NCBI RefSeq assembly: GCF_006345805.1
Contig: NW_021834710.1
Location: 1 to 63,012 of the forward strand
Direction: 5' to 3'
DNA length: 63,012 nt
Source: Octopus sinensis
Taxonomy: Eukaryota
Positions 1-11,977 of the stretch are shown piece by piece. The position numbers were made by a program, and so were the translations under genes. The notes beneath the pieces were generated by a model. That model made no database searches. It saw only the letters and a list, made by a program, of their open reading frames with translations, and was not told the DNA's origin. Positions within the stretch are counted from its first letter, which is position 1; every line of letters starts with the position of its first letter.

Positions 1-280
1 ATAGGAGAAAGGACTGAGTGATTCTGTGAGAGCGGGCTGCAACCTGTAGTGAGAGGTCTCACAGGGTCTCTTTCCCAAAATTATAAGCTTTGGTTAACTT
101 ATCGTGGGAGAGAGTTAACACCCAAGTATCAATCTAAACATCCTAGCTGTCCCCAAAAGAGCAGCTTTTAGGGCCTGCTCTGCCCTCATGGAAATTTCAA
201 TTTCTCCAACATATTTCTCGAACCTGGTTGTTAGTGCTCCGAGAGCCCCTACAACTGCTGGTATAACAGTTACTTTCCTA
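1..280 (-). mobile_element. 3' fragment of R4/Dong-like (RLE-endonuclease) LINE
   Basis: Minus-strand RKVTVIPAVVGALGALTTRFEKYVGEIEISMRAEQALKAALLGTARMFRLILGC* matches the RLE C-terminal motif V.VIP.V.GALG...QKA.LLGTARI; abuts (ATT)n. Confidence 0.75.
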
Positions 281-301
281 TTATTATTATCAGCATCATC
301 A

Positions 302-350
<49 letters not shown>

Positions 351-404
351 CATACAAAATCGCTGCCCTTGTGGCAAAATTTGAAACCATTGTTATTATT
401 AAGA

Positions 405-600
405 CTGTGAATTTTCACGCCGGGCGAAATACTCAACGACATTTCGTTCGTCTTTACGTTTCGAGTTCAAATTCTGCTCGAATTGTGCCTATCATCCTTT
501 CGGGGCCGATAAAATAAGTACCAGTTGAGCACCAGGGGTCGATGTAATCGGCTTACCCTCTCCTCAGAAATTGCTGATCTTGTGCCAAAATTTGAAATAT
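405..600 (+). mobile_element. SINE family C, diverged copy
   Basis: cgccgggcgaaat...gagttcaaatt...cctttcggggccgataaaataagtaccag...gtcgatgtaatcg, shared with many copies in the window. Confidence 0.7.
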
Positions 601-1212
601 TGTTGTTGTCGTCGTTGTTGTTGTTGTTGTTACAGCTTATTTAATTATTTAATTTGTACTTCTCCTGCTCACGTGACATGTTCCACGTTGCTCTGTGGTT
701 TATTTCATTTTACTTGAAGAATAGTCTTTGTTTTTCTTTTTTATTTCAATACTATGCAAGGGACTTTTGAATCTTTGTCACGTTACTTCAAAGTAGACAA
801 AATGTCTGTCTTTTGCACATTAATTACGCTTTAAAAAATATTTTATAGACTAAATTTAAAAGATGTTTTTTTTTTCTTTGGCATAGTGGTGAAAATTAAT
901 AGCTGCAAATGCGGCAGCGTTGATCACTCGCCAAAGATAAACCTGTGAAGAAAATATTAACACAGATTTGGAAAAGGACAACCAGAAAAAAAGTTTTAAA
1001 AAATTAACCGCACTAGACAAGCAGATACGACAAACATTCTGATTTTAACAAATACATTAAAAAAAAAAGTGATATTACTCAATACCGGCAATTTTAGCAG
1101 CATAACTAGCCAAAAAGAGTCACTTAATATATATCGTTTTGAGGGAAAGAAAGGGGCAAATGGTAAGTCTGTTACGATGACTCATGTCTCTCTATTTTAA
1201 TTTTTAAAAAAA

Positions 1213-1416
1213 ACTCTCTTTTACTTGTTTCAGCCATTTGACTGCGGCCATGCTGGAGCACCGCCTTTAGTCGAGCAAATCGATCCCAGGACTTATTCGT
1301 TGTAAGCCCAGTACTTATTCTATCGGTCTCTTTTGCCGAACCGCTAAGTGACGGGGATGTAAACACACCAGCATCGGTTGTCAAGCGATGTTGGGGGGAC
1401 AAACACAGACACACAA

Positions 1417-1451
<35 letters not shown>

Positions 1452-1617
1452 CATACATATATACGACGGGCTCCTTTCAGTTTCCGTCTACCAAATCCAC
1501 TCACAAGGCATTGGTCGGCCCGGGGCTATAGTAGAAAACACTTGCCCAAGGTGCCACGCAGTGGGACTGAACCCGGAACCATGTGGTTGGTAAGCAAGCT
1601 ACTTACCACACAGCCAC
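1213..1617 (-). mobile_element. SINE family A (tRNA-like head, internal CA/TA microsatellite, GTAAAAGA tail)
   Basis: Near full-length; head (minus) gtggctgtgtggtaagtagcttgcttaccaaccacatggttccgggttcagtccc; homologous to 25195-25587 and 26716-27296. Confidence 0.9.
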
Positions 1618-1842
1618 TTGAAAAACAAAGTTGCATTGTACAAATGGAGAGGGCTTGCTTGTGCCCTCGAAACAAAAACTGAGGTAGATCTGGCTGATTT
1701 GTAGGGCAATAACTCCTGGAACCGATTGTATATTATAGAAAACGGAGAACGAGTCGAAAAAGCATACCAGGCTGAGGTATTACACTTCTATTCGGTGCCT
1801 CGTGTCACTATAAGTGGGGCGGCTAACATAAGGTTTTAACTC

Positions 1843-2108
1843 TTGGATCGTCGTCCCTTTTGTGATACAGTTCCACAATGCAGCAAGATCGCAAGTGACG
1901 AGGTAACCAGGAACGACATGTGTTTTGGAGGAATGATCACAGATATGGAGATCCTAATGATCCTGAAGAGCCATTCCAGTGTTGTGCCCCCCCTCATGCA
2001 TCGACGAAGAAGAATCATGAGACTAGTAATGTAGAACAGAAGACCATATTGCTGCATATGCGGAAGGAATGGACACCTGAGAGGTTCCTACTCAGAGGAG
2101 GCCGCTAG
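1843..2108 (+). pseudogene. Decayed LINE ORF1/Gag-like zinc-knuckle fragment (L1/Tx1-like)
   Basis: Reading through the TAG at 2032-2034 gives ...IMRLVM*NRRPYCCICGRNGHLRGSY, resembling the RRP.C..CG..GH...C knuckle. Confidence 0.45.
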
Positions 2109-2141
2109 AAACAGCAACAGAAACAACGGTAACAACAGTGA

Positions 2142-2330
2142 AGGTGCAATGGCCCAGTGGTTAGGGCAGCAGACTCGCGATCGTAAGAACGCGGTTTCGA
2201 TTCCCAGACCGCGCATTGTGAGTGTTTATTGAGCAAAAACACCAAAGCTCCCCGAGGCTCCGGCGGGGGGGGGAATGAACCCCGCTGTACTCTTTCACCA
2301 CAACTTTCTCTCACTCTTTCTTCCTACTTC
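2142..2330 (+). mobile_element. SINE family B, head and central part
   Basis: ggtgcaatggcccagtggttagggcagcagactcgcgatcg...ggtttcgattcccagacc (A/B-box-like), then ctttctctcactctttcttc. Confidence 0.85.
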
Positions 2331-2617
2331 TGTCACAAAGCAGAAGAACCATGATGTAACCCACTATGATGTGGTAAAACTTTCAGACTCTAGTCTAGAT
2401 TGCGAATCCTCTGTAACCCAGGATGGTTCAGCTCTCCACCCGTTAAAAAACCACCGTTTACGGAATGAGGATAACAACGTAGCTTTCGCGCCCGTGCAAC
2501 CGCCAGTCTATCGTGTGTGGTGGGTGGATCTTCAAGTTGTCACACGCATTCTTAGTAGCTTAGAGTAGGCTCGAATTAGAGATTATTCTTTGTGGCTATT
2601 GGCGTGAGTCCTGATTG

Positions 2618-2740
2618 GAAGAAGAAGAAGAAGAAGAAGAAGAAGAAGAAGAAGAAGAAGAAGAAGAAGAAGAAGAAGAAGACAGCAACAACAAGTATGA
2701 TATTATCATCATACCCACATCATCATCATCATCATCATCA
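2618..2740. repeat. (GAA)n plus (CAT)n microsatellites
   Basis: About 21 perfect GAA units, then ATC repeats. Confidence 0.95.
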
Positions 2741-3364
2741 AAAACAACAACAACTGACCTGGAATCCAAAGGCCCCCACCTCTTTCCCACTTGTACCAAG
2801 TATCACAAGCTGTCCCTGGAAGCCGAACAAAAAGGAAAATAAAAATGGAATCAGGACAATAAAAGAAGGAACTCAAGCAAGAAGCATGAAAGATGCAAGA
2901 GGGTTTTGATTTTCATACTTCCGGGATCGATAAAAATAAAGTGTCATTCAACGGCTTACACTAGACTCTGACATGAGCCCTTGGCCTCATAATACCGGAT
3001 CTCAACCTGGCATAAAAGTGACTAAGGTTTCAACACAGCCCCCTCCGAAGAGGACGTCGGCCCACCGCAGTGTAAAATACCCAGTTATATCTGTGAATCA
3101 TTTTTGACTGCTGAGTGGACTAAAGCAACGTGAAATGAGATGTTTTTTTGTTCCCGAACACAACGAACCGCCCGACTCGGGATTCGAAACTACGATCTCA
3201 TGATTGCCCCTGCAACACCTTAACCAATAAGCCACACGACTTCACTATTCAGCTACTACGGTATATCTAATTGTCTACATCTGTTTTCTTTAAAATTTGT
3301 AACATTGCGTTTGTAAGAAATTGTTATACAACCCAAATTTTGTGCATTTATATTTGTTTCAAAT

Positions 3365-3548
3365 TTTAGCACATAGCCAGCAGGTTTCGGGGTGGGGGGA
3401 ATCGATTATATCGACTCCAGTGTATAACTGGTACTTATCAAATCCGAACGGATGAAAGGCAAAATCGATCTCGGCGGACTTTTTAAAACTTAGAGCCCGA
3501 AGACGGATGAAATGTCGCTAAGCATTTTACCTGGCATGCAAACGATTC
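3365..3548 (-). mobile_element. SINE family C, diverged copy
   Basis: atcgattatatcgactccagtg...ggatgaaaggcaaaatcgatctcggcgg...gctcgccgcctt. Confidence 0.7.
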
Positions 3549-4003
3549 TGCCTGCTCGCCGCCTTCTTTTCTGCGTTTATATTTCCCATGTGATTGATAT
3601 AGTCATAATAGTAGGAATCGACTTCCAGAGATCGATAAAATAAAATATCTATCATGTAGAGCTGTCTATAAAATCAACCAATACTGTCAGCAAACACCCT
3701 AAGAACACTCTTCCTTAAATTTGCATCCTTGTATCTAATTTGGAAAGTATCAAGGACGTTGCAGCCGAAAAATCATGATGGCGTCTGGAGAATACCAGAG
3801 ATATTTACTCCAGCTCTTTACGTTCTGAGTTCGAATCGTACCGAAGTCATCTATGGTTTTCCCGGATCGCTCACATGTCGATTTGTTAACGTACGTATCA
3901 CATACATAAGTCGATTTGATCCTTTAATTCTTCTAACCAAATGTTTTGCCTTGTGCTTATGTGAAAATCATCATCATCGTTGTTATCATCATCATCATCA
4001 TCA

Positions 4004-4070
<67 letters not shown>

Positions 4071-4071
<1 letters not shown>

Positions 4072-4579
4072 GAGTGAGAGAGAGAGCAGTACATGCCATC
4101 AAAGTGACACTGGGGTAAAATATACGAAGCCCAGTATACCCATCATGACTACTCGTCTGATAAGGGTACATCAGGCACATGCATCACAACCATATGTGCG
4201 CGACCTGGTGATCTCATAACAAGATAAACAGCGCATGACCTTGCGGGTGGGGCCCAGTTGGAATTTTCTTCTGGTCGGGTAACCCATCCCAATCAAAAGG
4301 TCCCTGATTAAGGGCTGTTTAAGGATGTTGAATGAAACACCCATGTTTCCAGAGGTGAATTATTCAAACTCCAGAGAATTCCTCTCAACACATGGCAATG
4401 ATGCTCCCCCACTACTTCTGCTCGTGATCAGAGATGCACATATCGTCAGCTACTAAGGAACATACTCAACTTGTTATGGTCAAACAACGGAAAAGCAAAT
4501 CTGTGGCATTGAGCAGAATATTTGCTGTAGCCCATCTTTTATACCAAGGCAAAACAATGTACATGATAACACTTCCAAT
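4071..4579 (-). mobile_element. Retroposon family D (unclassified, (AAT)n-tailed), embedded in (ATT)n
   Basis: High similarity to 52003-52553 and 17335-17629; (ATT)n on both sides. Confidence 0.85.
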
Positions 4580-4641
<62 letters not shown>

Positions 4642-4664
4642 CATCATCATCATCATCATCATCA

Positions 4665-4860
4665 TCAAGGCACCGAGCTGGCAGAATCGTTGAGCGCCAT
4701 TTCGTCCGTCTTCAGATTCTGACTTTAAATTCCGCCGAAATTGGCTTTGCCTTTCATCCTTTCAGAGTCGAAAAAATAAGTACCAGTCGAGTACTGGAGT
4801 CGCAGTAATCGACTTACCCCTCCCCCGAAATTGCTGGCCTTGTGCCAAAATTCTTATTAT
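4665..4860 (+). mobile_element. SINE family C
   Basis: aaggcaccgagctggcagaatcgtt...gcctttcatcctttcagagtcgaaaaaataagtaccag. Confidence 0.75.
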
Positions 4861-4861
4861 A

Positions 4862-4906
<45 letters not shown>

Positions 4907-4950
4907 ATTATTATTTCAGTGTTTTTTTTTATATAGTGCTTTCACTTCTA

Positions 4951-4996
<46 letters not shown>

Positions 4997-5446
4997 CATT
5001 TCATTTTTGTTTTGCGTTTGGTGGTTTGTTTGTTGTTTCTTGTTTGTTTGTTTGTTTGTTTATTTTGGTGGTGTTTATTTAAATATTTACATTCTTTCAT
5101 ATTCTTTTTGCTTATTCACTTATATCTTTATATATTTTACCGAGGAACAAAAAAAAAATAAAGCTTTCAAGAAATTTCGAGAATATTGTCGAAAAGTGCA
5201 GTTGCTTTCTGTCAAAGAGATAAGAAGAAAAAAAAATATAGAAAGGAAGATGTAAGATAAAACAGGGGATGTGAAGGATGGGTGGTGGGGGAATGTGATG
5301 AAAGCACGAATGATGTTGCAAATAGCTCACAGACAATTTAGAAAAGATAAATGTAAAAACCTGCTATATGGGTAAGTTTATCGTTCGCTTCTTTTAAGTC
5401 TTAATGAGGTTTGTGTAAATGGGCTGCTATATATACGGTACGTACT

Positions 5447-5493
<47 letters not shown>

Positions 5494-5505
5494 TATATAT
5501 GCGGG

Positions 5506-5536
<31 letters not shown>

Positions 5537-5721
5537 TGTGCGTGCGTGCGTGTGTGTGTGTGGTGTGTGTGTGGTGTGTGTGTGTGTGTGTGTGCTGCAG
5601 TTTTGGTACTGGTGCATCGGATGAGAAAATATGCGGTGATTAATATATGGCGGTAGTGTATAAGAATTGAGTGCGATTACACGATATAGTGCAGACAAGT
5701 TAAAATGAAGAAAAGTGCAAA

Positions 5722-5800
5722 CATCCTCATCATCATCCTCATCATCCTCATCATCATCATCATCAACATCATCATCATCATCATCATCATCATCGTCATC

Positions 5801-5870
<70 letters not shown>

Positions 5871-6168
5871 CCATCATCATCAACATCATCATCGTCATCA
5901 TCATCACCATCATCACCATCATCATCATCATCATCATCATTATCATCATCATCACCATCATCATCATCACCATCATCACCATCATCATCATCATCATCAC
6001 CATCACCATCATCATCATCATCATCATCATCACCATCATCACCATCATCATCATCATCACCATCACCATCATCATCATCATCATCATCACCACCACCATC
6101 ATCATCATCATCATCATCATCATCACCACCACCATCATCATCATCACCACCATCATCACTACAACCAC

Positions 6169-6225
<57 letters not shown>

Positions 6226-6240
6226 ACTCATCATCATCAT
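5722..6240. repeat. ~520-bp (ATC)n microsatellite with ACC/GTC variant units
   Basis: Direct inspection; produces the poly-M/I/S ORFs. Confidence 0.95.
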
Positions 6241-6244
6241 AGTA

Positions 6245-6940
6245 TTGCTTTCTAGTACTAAGGAGTGAACTTATTTCTGACTGAATCTATGTGGATAGCA
6301 GGTTACTCCCTATAAATAAACCTCAGATATCCACATGGTTTTCAATCAGCCACCAAGTACTCAAAAATCCTTGTAATGATCTTCACTTGTCCATAAGTGG
6401 CAAACTTTCTGTAGAACCTCCAGAGGACATTCCATTCTAAGCACCTCATGTGTTCGTCCATGTCACCACTCACATTCCTAAACGCATCGATTATCACATG
6501 TACAACCTTTAGAGATTTTATGTTCCAAATCCTCACAACCTCAAATCTTAAGAGATTGTAGTTTTTCAATTTGCCATCTACTTTTTCTTAATCCTACTAT
6601 CCAACGGACATATGAATCAATCAGTTTATAAATTCGGTTTTCCTTGACTATTACTGTATTAGCTGGCTTGCTATGTTCCATTTTCTTATCCGTTTGAATG
6701 AGATGATCCCACAAAATCTTGCACCTTTCCTTCTAAAGTACCCGTTTCACCCGATGACTGTACTATGTACTTCCTGCTTCACACCTCGATTTTAGGCAAA
6801 GATCAAATTATGAAGCTGTAAGACTTACACAATTTCACCATGTCTCCATTTCTCGTATTTTCTCTGGAAAATCTTGGAACAATCTACAATAATGTGTGCC
6901 ACTATTTCATCCCAAATTCCATACAGTTCAAATTTTTTTG
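6245..6940 (-). mobile_element. Decayed R4/Dong-like LINE, CCHC knuckle plus RLE region
   Basis: Minus-strand, frameshifted: IVAHIIVDCSKIFQRKYEKWRH...ILWDHLIQTDKKMEHSKP..VIVKEN...KNYNLLRFEVVRIWNIKSLKVVHVII. Confidence 0.75.
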
Positions 6941-7548
6941 TCCCCCTTTTCAAGCCTAGCCAGGCTCATGGGTCCGGTTTCCCGGTTTCTGTGGCGTATG
7001 TGCCCCCCTCCCCAGCTGGACGGAACGCCAGTCCATCGCAGATTCAAGAAACAGGAAGAAAGAGTGAGAGAAATTCGGGGCGAAAGAGTGCAACAGGTGT
7101 CGCCACCACCCCCTGCCGGAGCCTCGTGGAGCTTTAGGTGTTTTCGCTACCCGATGACTGTACTATGTACTTCCTGCTTCACACCTCGATTTTAGGCAAA
7201 GATCAAATTATGAAGCTGTAAGACTTACACAATTTCACCATGTCTTCATTTCTCGTATTTTCTCTGGAAAATCTTGGAACAATCTACAATAATGTGTGCC
7301 ACTATTTCATCCCAAATTCCATACAGTTCAAATTTTTTTGTCCCCCTTTTCAAGCCTAGCCAGGCTCATGGGTCCGGTTTCCCGGTTTCTGTGGCGTATG
7401 TGCCCCCCTCCCCAGCTGGACGGAACGCCAGTCCATCGCAGATTCAAGAAACAGGAAGAAAGAGTGAGAGAAATTCGGGGCGAAAGAGTACAACAGGTGT
7501 CGCCACCACCCCCTGCCGGAGCCTCGTGGAGCTTTAGGTGTTTTCGCT
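6749..7548. repeat. 400-bp tandem duplication (6749-7148 / 7149-7548)
   Basis: Two adjacent units; I see only two substitutions (6846/7246 and 7090/7490). Confidence 0.95.
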
Positions 7549-7641
7549 AAATAAACACACACAACGCCCGGTCTGGGAATCGAAACCACGATCCTCCGAC
7601 CGCGAGTCCGCTTCCCTAACCACTGGGCCATTGCGCCTCCA
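7355..7641 (-). mobile_element. SINE family B (partial duplicate at ~6955-7148)
   Basis: Head on minus: ggaggcgcaatggcccagtggttagggaagcggactcgcggtcggaggatcgtggtttcgattcccagacc. Confidence 0.9.
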
Positions 7642-8058
7642 CAGTTCAAATATTGGAATATTATAAACTATTTTGTTGTGAGGAAGAAGTGAAGTTTGGG
7701 ATAGAAACCATCATCCGAATGGGAAGAAATGTTTATGAAACTGACCGAGTTACGTATTTACTCGTGCACAACTCGCACTCGTGTATAAGACGCACCCCTA
7801 ATTTAGCATTAAATTTTGGTACAAAAAATTTTTCCTTCATAGTTTTAGCTTTGCCAAATGTGCAAGTGACACCACAGACTTTTTGTTTTGTTTTGTTTTC
7901 AGTTAAAATCAATTATAAAATATTGTGATTTATACACAAGAAATTACGTTAAACAAATAAAACGGAATAAAAAGCAGTTCGAAAGTAAATTATCAATGGG
8001 TGGATACGTAAATTGTGAAGTATAATTTTTAACTGCGCGTCAGTGCCTGAGGCAAGTA

Positions 8059-8707
8059 CAGGGTGTCTCAAAAGTGACTGACGGGTTTCAATTTTTAACA
8101 ACTTCCTGAGGCAAAGTACAGGGTGTCCCAAATAAGTGCATGCAATTTTGATACAATATAAAGGACATAATGTTAATTAATATTGCAACACCACGACATC
8201 ACATGTGAAAAATGACACCGTTGAAATGGCAGCCAGTTTCGGCTACGTACACCCGTGCTCTTTCCAGATCTTGCACCATAACACCCTGAAGAGCTTCAGG
8301 CCCCACTTATGTGATTTCTCTATTGATGTTCTCCTTCAGTTGCACCAGGGTCTCCGGTTTATTGACGTAAACCCTCTCTTTTAGGTATCCCCACAAGAAA
8401 AAATCCGGGCTAGTCAAGTCAACAAACCGGAGACCCAGGAGCAACTGAAAGAGAACATCGGGGTCTGAAACTCTTGCGGGTGTTATGGTACAAGTTTTGG
8501 AAAGAGCACGGGTGTCAGATGCCTAAAATGGCTACCATTTACGCGATGTGATTTTTCATATGTAATGTAGATATGTTGCAAAATTTGACTTGTGCATATT
8601 AATTTCCATTATGTCTTTTATATTGTATCAAAATTTTATGCATTTATTTGTAAAGTTAAGGAAGTTATTAAACATTGAAACCCATCAGGGTCTTTTGGGA
8701 CACCCTG
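8059..8707. mobile_element. Tc1/mariner-superfamily foldback element made of two transposase 3' ends
   Basis: TA-flanked TIRs cagggtgtc(t/c)caaaa...; minus arm DLTSPDFFLWGYLKERVYVNKPETLVQLKENI; plus arm NKPETQEQLKENI...VMVQVLERARV. Confidence 0.85.
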
Positions 8708-8769
8708 TATAACATACCGTAGCAAAGATAACCAAATAATGTTACGCCCTCAATAGCTTCTCGTTTATC

Positions 8770-9212
8770 GTTTAGCAGTTTCAGTCGCTAGACTGCGGCC
8801 ATGCTGGGGCACCGCCTTGAAGAATTCTTAGCAGAATGAATCGGTTCCAGCACTTGTTTTTTTTTTAAACTAGTACTTTTAATCTTATTATGCCGAGCCG
8901 CTAAGTTACGGAAACTTAAACAAACCAACACCGGTTGTGACGTGGTGATGGGAGATAAACACACAAAACACACACGCATTTACATATGTGTGTGTGTGTG
9001 TGTGTGTGTGAATGAGAGAGAGAGAGAGAGAGAGAGAGTGTGTGTGTACAACGAGCTTCTTTCAGTTTCTGTCTACTAAATCCCCTGACAAGGTTTTGGT
9101 CGGCGCAAGTTTATCGTACAAAACACTTGCCCAAGGTGTCACACAGTGGGACTGAACCCGAAAACATGTGGTTGGAAAGCAAGGTTCTTACAACACAGCT
9201 ACTCCTGCGCCT
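8770..9212 (-). mobile_element. SINE family A, diverged
   Basis: gactgcggccatgctggggcaccgcc...cacttgcccaaggtgtcacacagtgggactgaacccg. Confidence 0.85.
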
Positions 9213-9600
9213 GGTAAACCTAAGTCGAACAGAAGCAGAAAACCAGATAATAACTCAATATTCCATCAAAAGACATAGCAGCCAGTTACGCGAGACAGAT
9301 ATCGGGTTAGTTCAGAGGAGCATACAGCAGCTTCGGATGCAAACTCAAATGGTACTAATTTTATTGGCCCTGAAAGAATAGAAAACAAAGTCAACCTCAG
9401 CGGTATTTGAACTCAGAACCTAGTAAGTCGGAAGAAATACTGCAAATCATTTTCCTCGGCGAACTAACAGCTCTACCAGCTCACAGCCGCATTCTGGAAA
9501 AATGATTCCAACCAAATTATAAATTTGAATTTATAATGCGACATAAAAATAAAATATAGGTTTGTAGTTGTGGTATAGCCCCGAGTCGTACTTTATTCAG

Positions 9601-9653
9601 TTGAATGGCTGACAAGCGAGAGCATAGAAGATCCCTCATTGGTTCAAGTGGTT
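9601..9653 (+). CDS. Candidate 53-nt internal exon (xEWLTSESIEDPSLVQVV)
   Basis: Acceptor tactttattcag, donor gtt|gtaagt, only one open frame, unique sequence; no homology recognised. Confidence 0.35.
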
Positions 9654-9767
9654 GTAAGTTTCATTTGATGGAAGTGAAGCCATCTGCGCTTTCAGTCGGT
9701 CCTTCGTGTCTGAGGTTTTGTGTTACTGTTTCGAACTAAAGCGGCTCTAGTCAAACAGCCAATCTGC

Positions 9768-9782
9768 TAGATAGATGGGTAA

Positions 9783-9843
<61 letters not shown>

Positions 9844-9880
9844 AAGACAGACAGACAAACAGATAGATAGATAGATAGAT

Positions 9881-9913
<33 letters not shown>

Positions 9914-10040
9914 CAGGCAAAGAGACAAATACATACACACATACATACATACATACATACATACATACATACATACATACATACATACATACATACATAC
10001 ATACATAAATACATATATACATACATACACACACACATAC
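9768..10040. repeat. Compound (GATA)n/(GACA)n/(CATA)n microsatellite
   Basis: Direct inspection. Confidence 0.95.
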
Positions 10041-10415
10041 CTGCAATACTAGGTGAAAAGAACCATTAAGATTTATAAACTACTGTATTTGAACAATATG
10101 CTTACTGTCAGATTGGTAATAAAGATATATTGCATCAAAGGCTTTCTGCAAGTAATGCACCTAGCTCTTGCCTGAATATGCACATTGCAATTTATTCTCT
10201 GTGTGTGGTTAAGCAGTCTGTGTCATATATCTAAATACTCTGAACTGCGCAATAATCAAGTATGGTGCAATTTGGTGCAGTAGGCGCAGAAGTATTAAAA
10301 TATACATGTAGACACATAGATATGCGTATGTATGTGCATATATATATACATAAAAACACACATGTATATATGTGAATGCACTTGTGTACGTTTGTATGTT
10401 CACTACTGCTTTTCA

Positions 10416-10981
10416 TTGGGTTGTCCGGAAAGTTCGTGCCGATTTATAGTAGCTTACGTTTCGACTTATTTTAGAACATGTTTGAGTCCATAAAATAGGG
10501 TTTGAATACACCTCCATTTAGAGCACAGTTTATGCTATCTTTTAGTGGAAGAAGGTTTATGTTCCTATAACCTGTGTTAATTCTGTAACCCTTTAAAATC
10601 GAAGATAAGAAAGTTCATTTTCGGCACTTGATGATTTGGGAACCAGACAAAAATTGCTGCAGCTCGGCTGGGATGTGTTACTCCGCCATCCATATTCACC
10701 AGATATTGCTCCTTCGAATTTCCACTTATTCAGGTCTCTGCAGAATAGTCTTAATAGTAAAAATTTCAATTCCTTGGATGACGTAAAAAGATACCTTGAT
10801 GAATTCTTTGCCATGAAACCACCTGAATTCTGGGAAGAGGGTATTTTCAAGTTAAAAGAAAGATGGAGACGCATTGTGTAATAAAATGTTTCATATTTGG
10901 TTGATTAAAAATGTAATGGCAAGTATTTATTGACCTTTTTCTTGCCTTTAAAAATCGGCACGAACTTTCTGGACAACCCAA
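10416..10981 (+). mobile_element. Internally deleted mariner element (566 bp) retaining transposase C-terminus
   Basis: 30-bp TIRs ttgggttgtcc(g/a)gaaagttcgtgccgattt, right TA intact; QKLLQLGWDVLLRHPYSPDIAPSNFHLFRSLQN...WEEGIFKLKERW (YSPDLAPSD motif). Confidence 0.92.
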
Positions 10982-11339
10982 TATAAACACACGTGAATAT
11001 GTGAATGCATTTGTATACGTTTTGTATGCTCCCTACTGTTTTTAACTATTTCACTTCTTTTGATTAAGGAGCTGATTTCTAACAAAGATACAAATCTCCA
11101 TCGTTGGAAAATGCAATGTTACATTTTAAACTTGAGTAATGTCTTCTATATTTTTACTGTTACACTTACTGATTTTATTTGTGATGTGCGAGTTAGTTTG
11201 GCTGATGTATTTTTCATTTACTCGCAAAGCCAAGAACACCAATTATTCTCGGTATAAATTTGAATTTATAATCTGGATATTGAACCTGGGTGTTTCGAAA
11301 CAGATGTCCATAATTATGCTTTTTCTCCTTGATTTTCAG

Positions 11340-11377
11340 AGATCTTCACATCGGAAGGACCGCTGACTTTTATGACG
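11340..11377 (+). CDS. Candidate 38-nt exon (xDLHIGRTADFYDx)
   Basis: Strong acceptor tttttctccttgattttcag, donor g|gtacat; phase-compatible with 14403-14460. Confidence 0.35.
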
Positions 11378-11598
11378 GTACATACTTTTCCTTGTCTGTC
11401 CCAAACAATAATATCGGGCCCGTTATGCTTGTAAATGATGGGAGTATTCCACTAGTATTCCTTGTATTGATGTTTGTGTAAGTATTCAAAAACAAGGGGA
11501 TACTCTATATTTAATCTTTTTTTCCGAATGGTATAGTGTATTGCTTTCGCGGCAACATCGTGTCGCATTGAGATAAGTATGTATGCATGTATGTATAG

Positions 11599-11895
11599 TG
11601 GAGGCACATGGCCTAGTGGTTAGAGCAGCGGACTCGCGGTCGAGGAATCGAGGGTTCGAATCTCAGACCTGGCGATGTGTGTGTTTATGAGCGAAACACC
11701 TAAGCTCCACGCGGCTCCGGCAAAAGGTAATGGCGAACTTCTGCTGACTCTTTCGCCACAACTTTCTCTCACGTTTTCCTCCTGCATCTTGCAGCTCACC
11801 TGCGACGGACCGGCGTCCCGTCCAGGTGGGGAACCTATACGCCAAAGAAACCGGGAAACCGGCCCTTATGAGCCAGGCATGACTCGAGAAGGTAC
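11599..11895 (+). mobile_element. SINE family B, tail type i, full length
   Basis: Head tggaggcacatggcctagtggttagagcagcggactcgcgg; flanking direct repeat atgtatgcatgtatgtat (11579-11596 / 11896-11913). Confidence 0.92.
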
Positions 11896-11934
11896 ATGTA
11901 TGCATGTATGTATGTATGTATGTATGTATGTATG

Positions 11935-11966
<32 letters not shown>

Positions 11967-11977
11967 CATGAATATGT

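Noticed and set aside
840-950. Strong minus-strand acceptor (ttttcttcacag) with short ORFs and downstream AATAAA
   Set aside because: Two frames are equally plausible, neither peptide is recognisable, and such signals are common in AT-rich DNA
5677-6268. Long ORFs in three frames (poly-M, poly-I, poly-S)
   Set aside because: Produced by the (ATC)n tract; no coding complexity or splice context
9601-10152. Joining 9601-9653 to a putative exon near 10111-10150 gives LVQVVIGNKDIL, reminiscent of the small-GTPase NKxD motif
   Set aside because: Acceptor is weak, the motif spacing is wrong (NKD, not NKxD) and no other G-box is found
11599-11670. tRNA-like sequences at SINE heads (also 2142, 14707, 23340-23410, 32516, 34678)
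   Set aside because: A/B boxes are present but there is no closed acceptor stem, and they run into SINE bodies; counted as SINE heads, not tRNA genes
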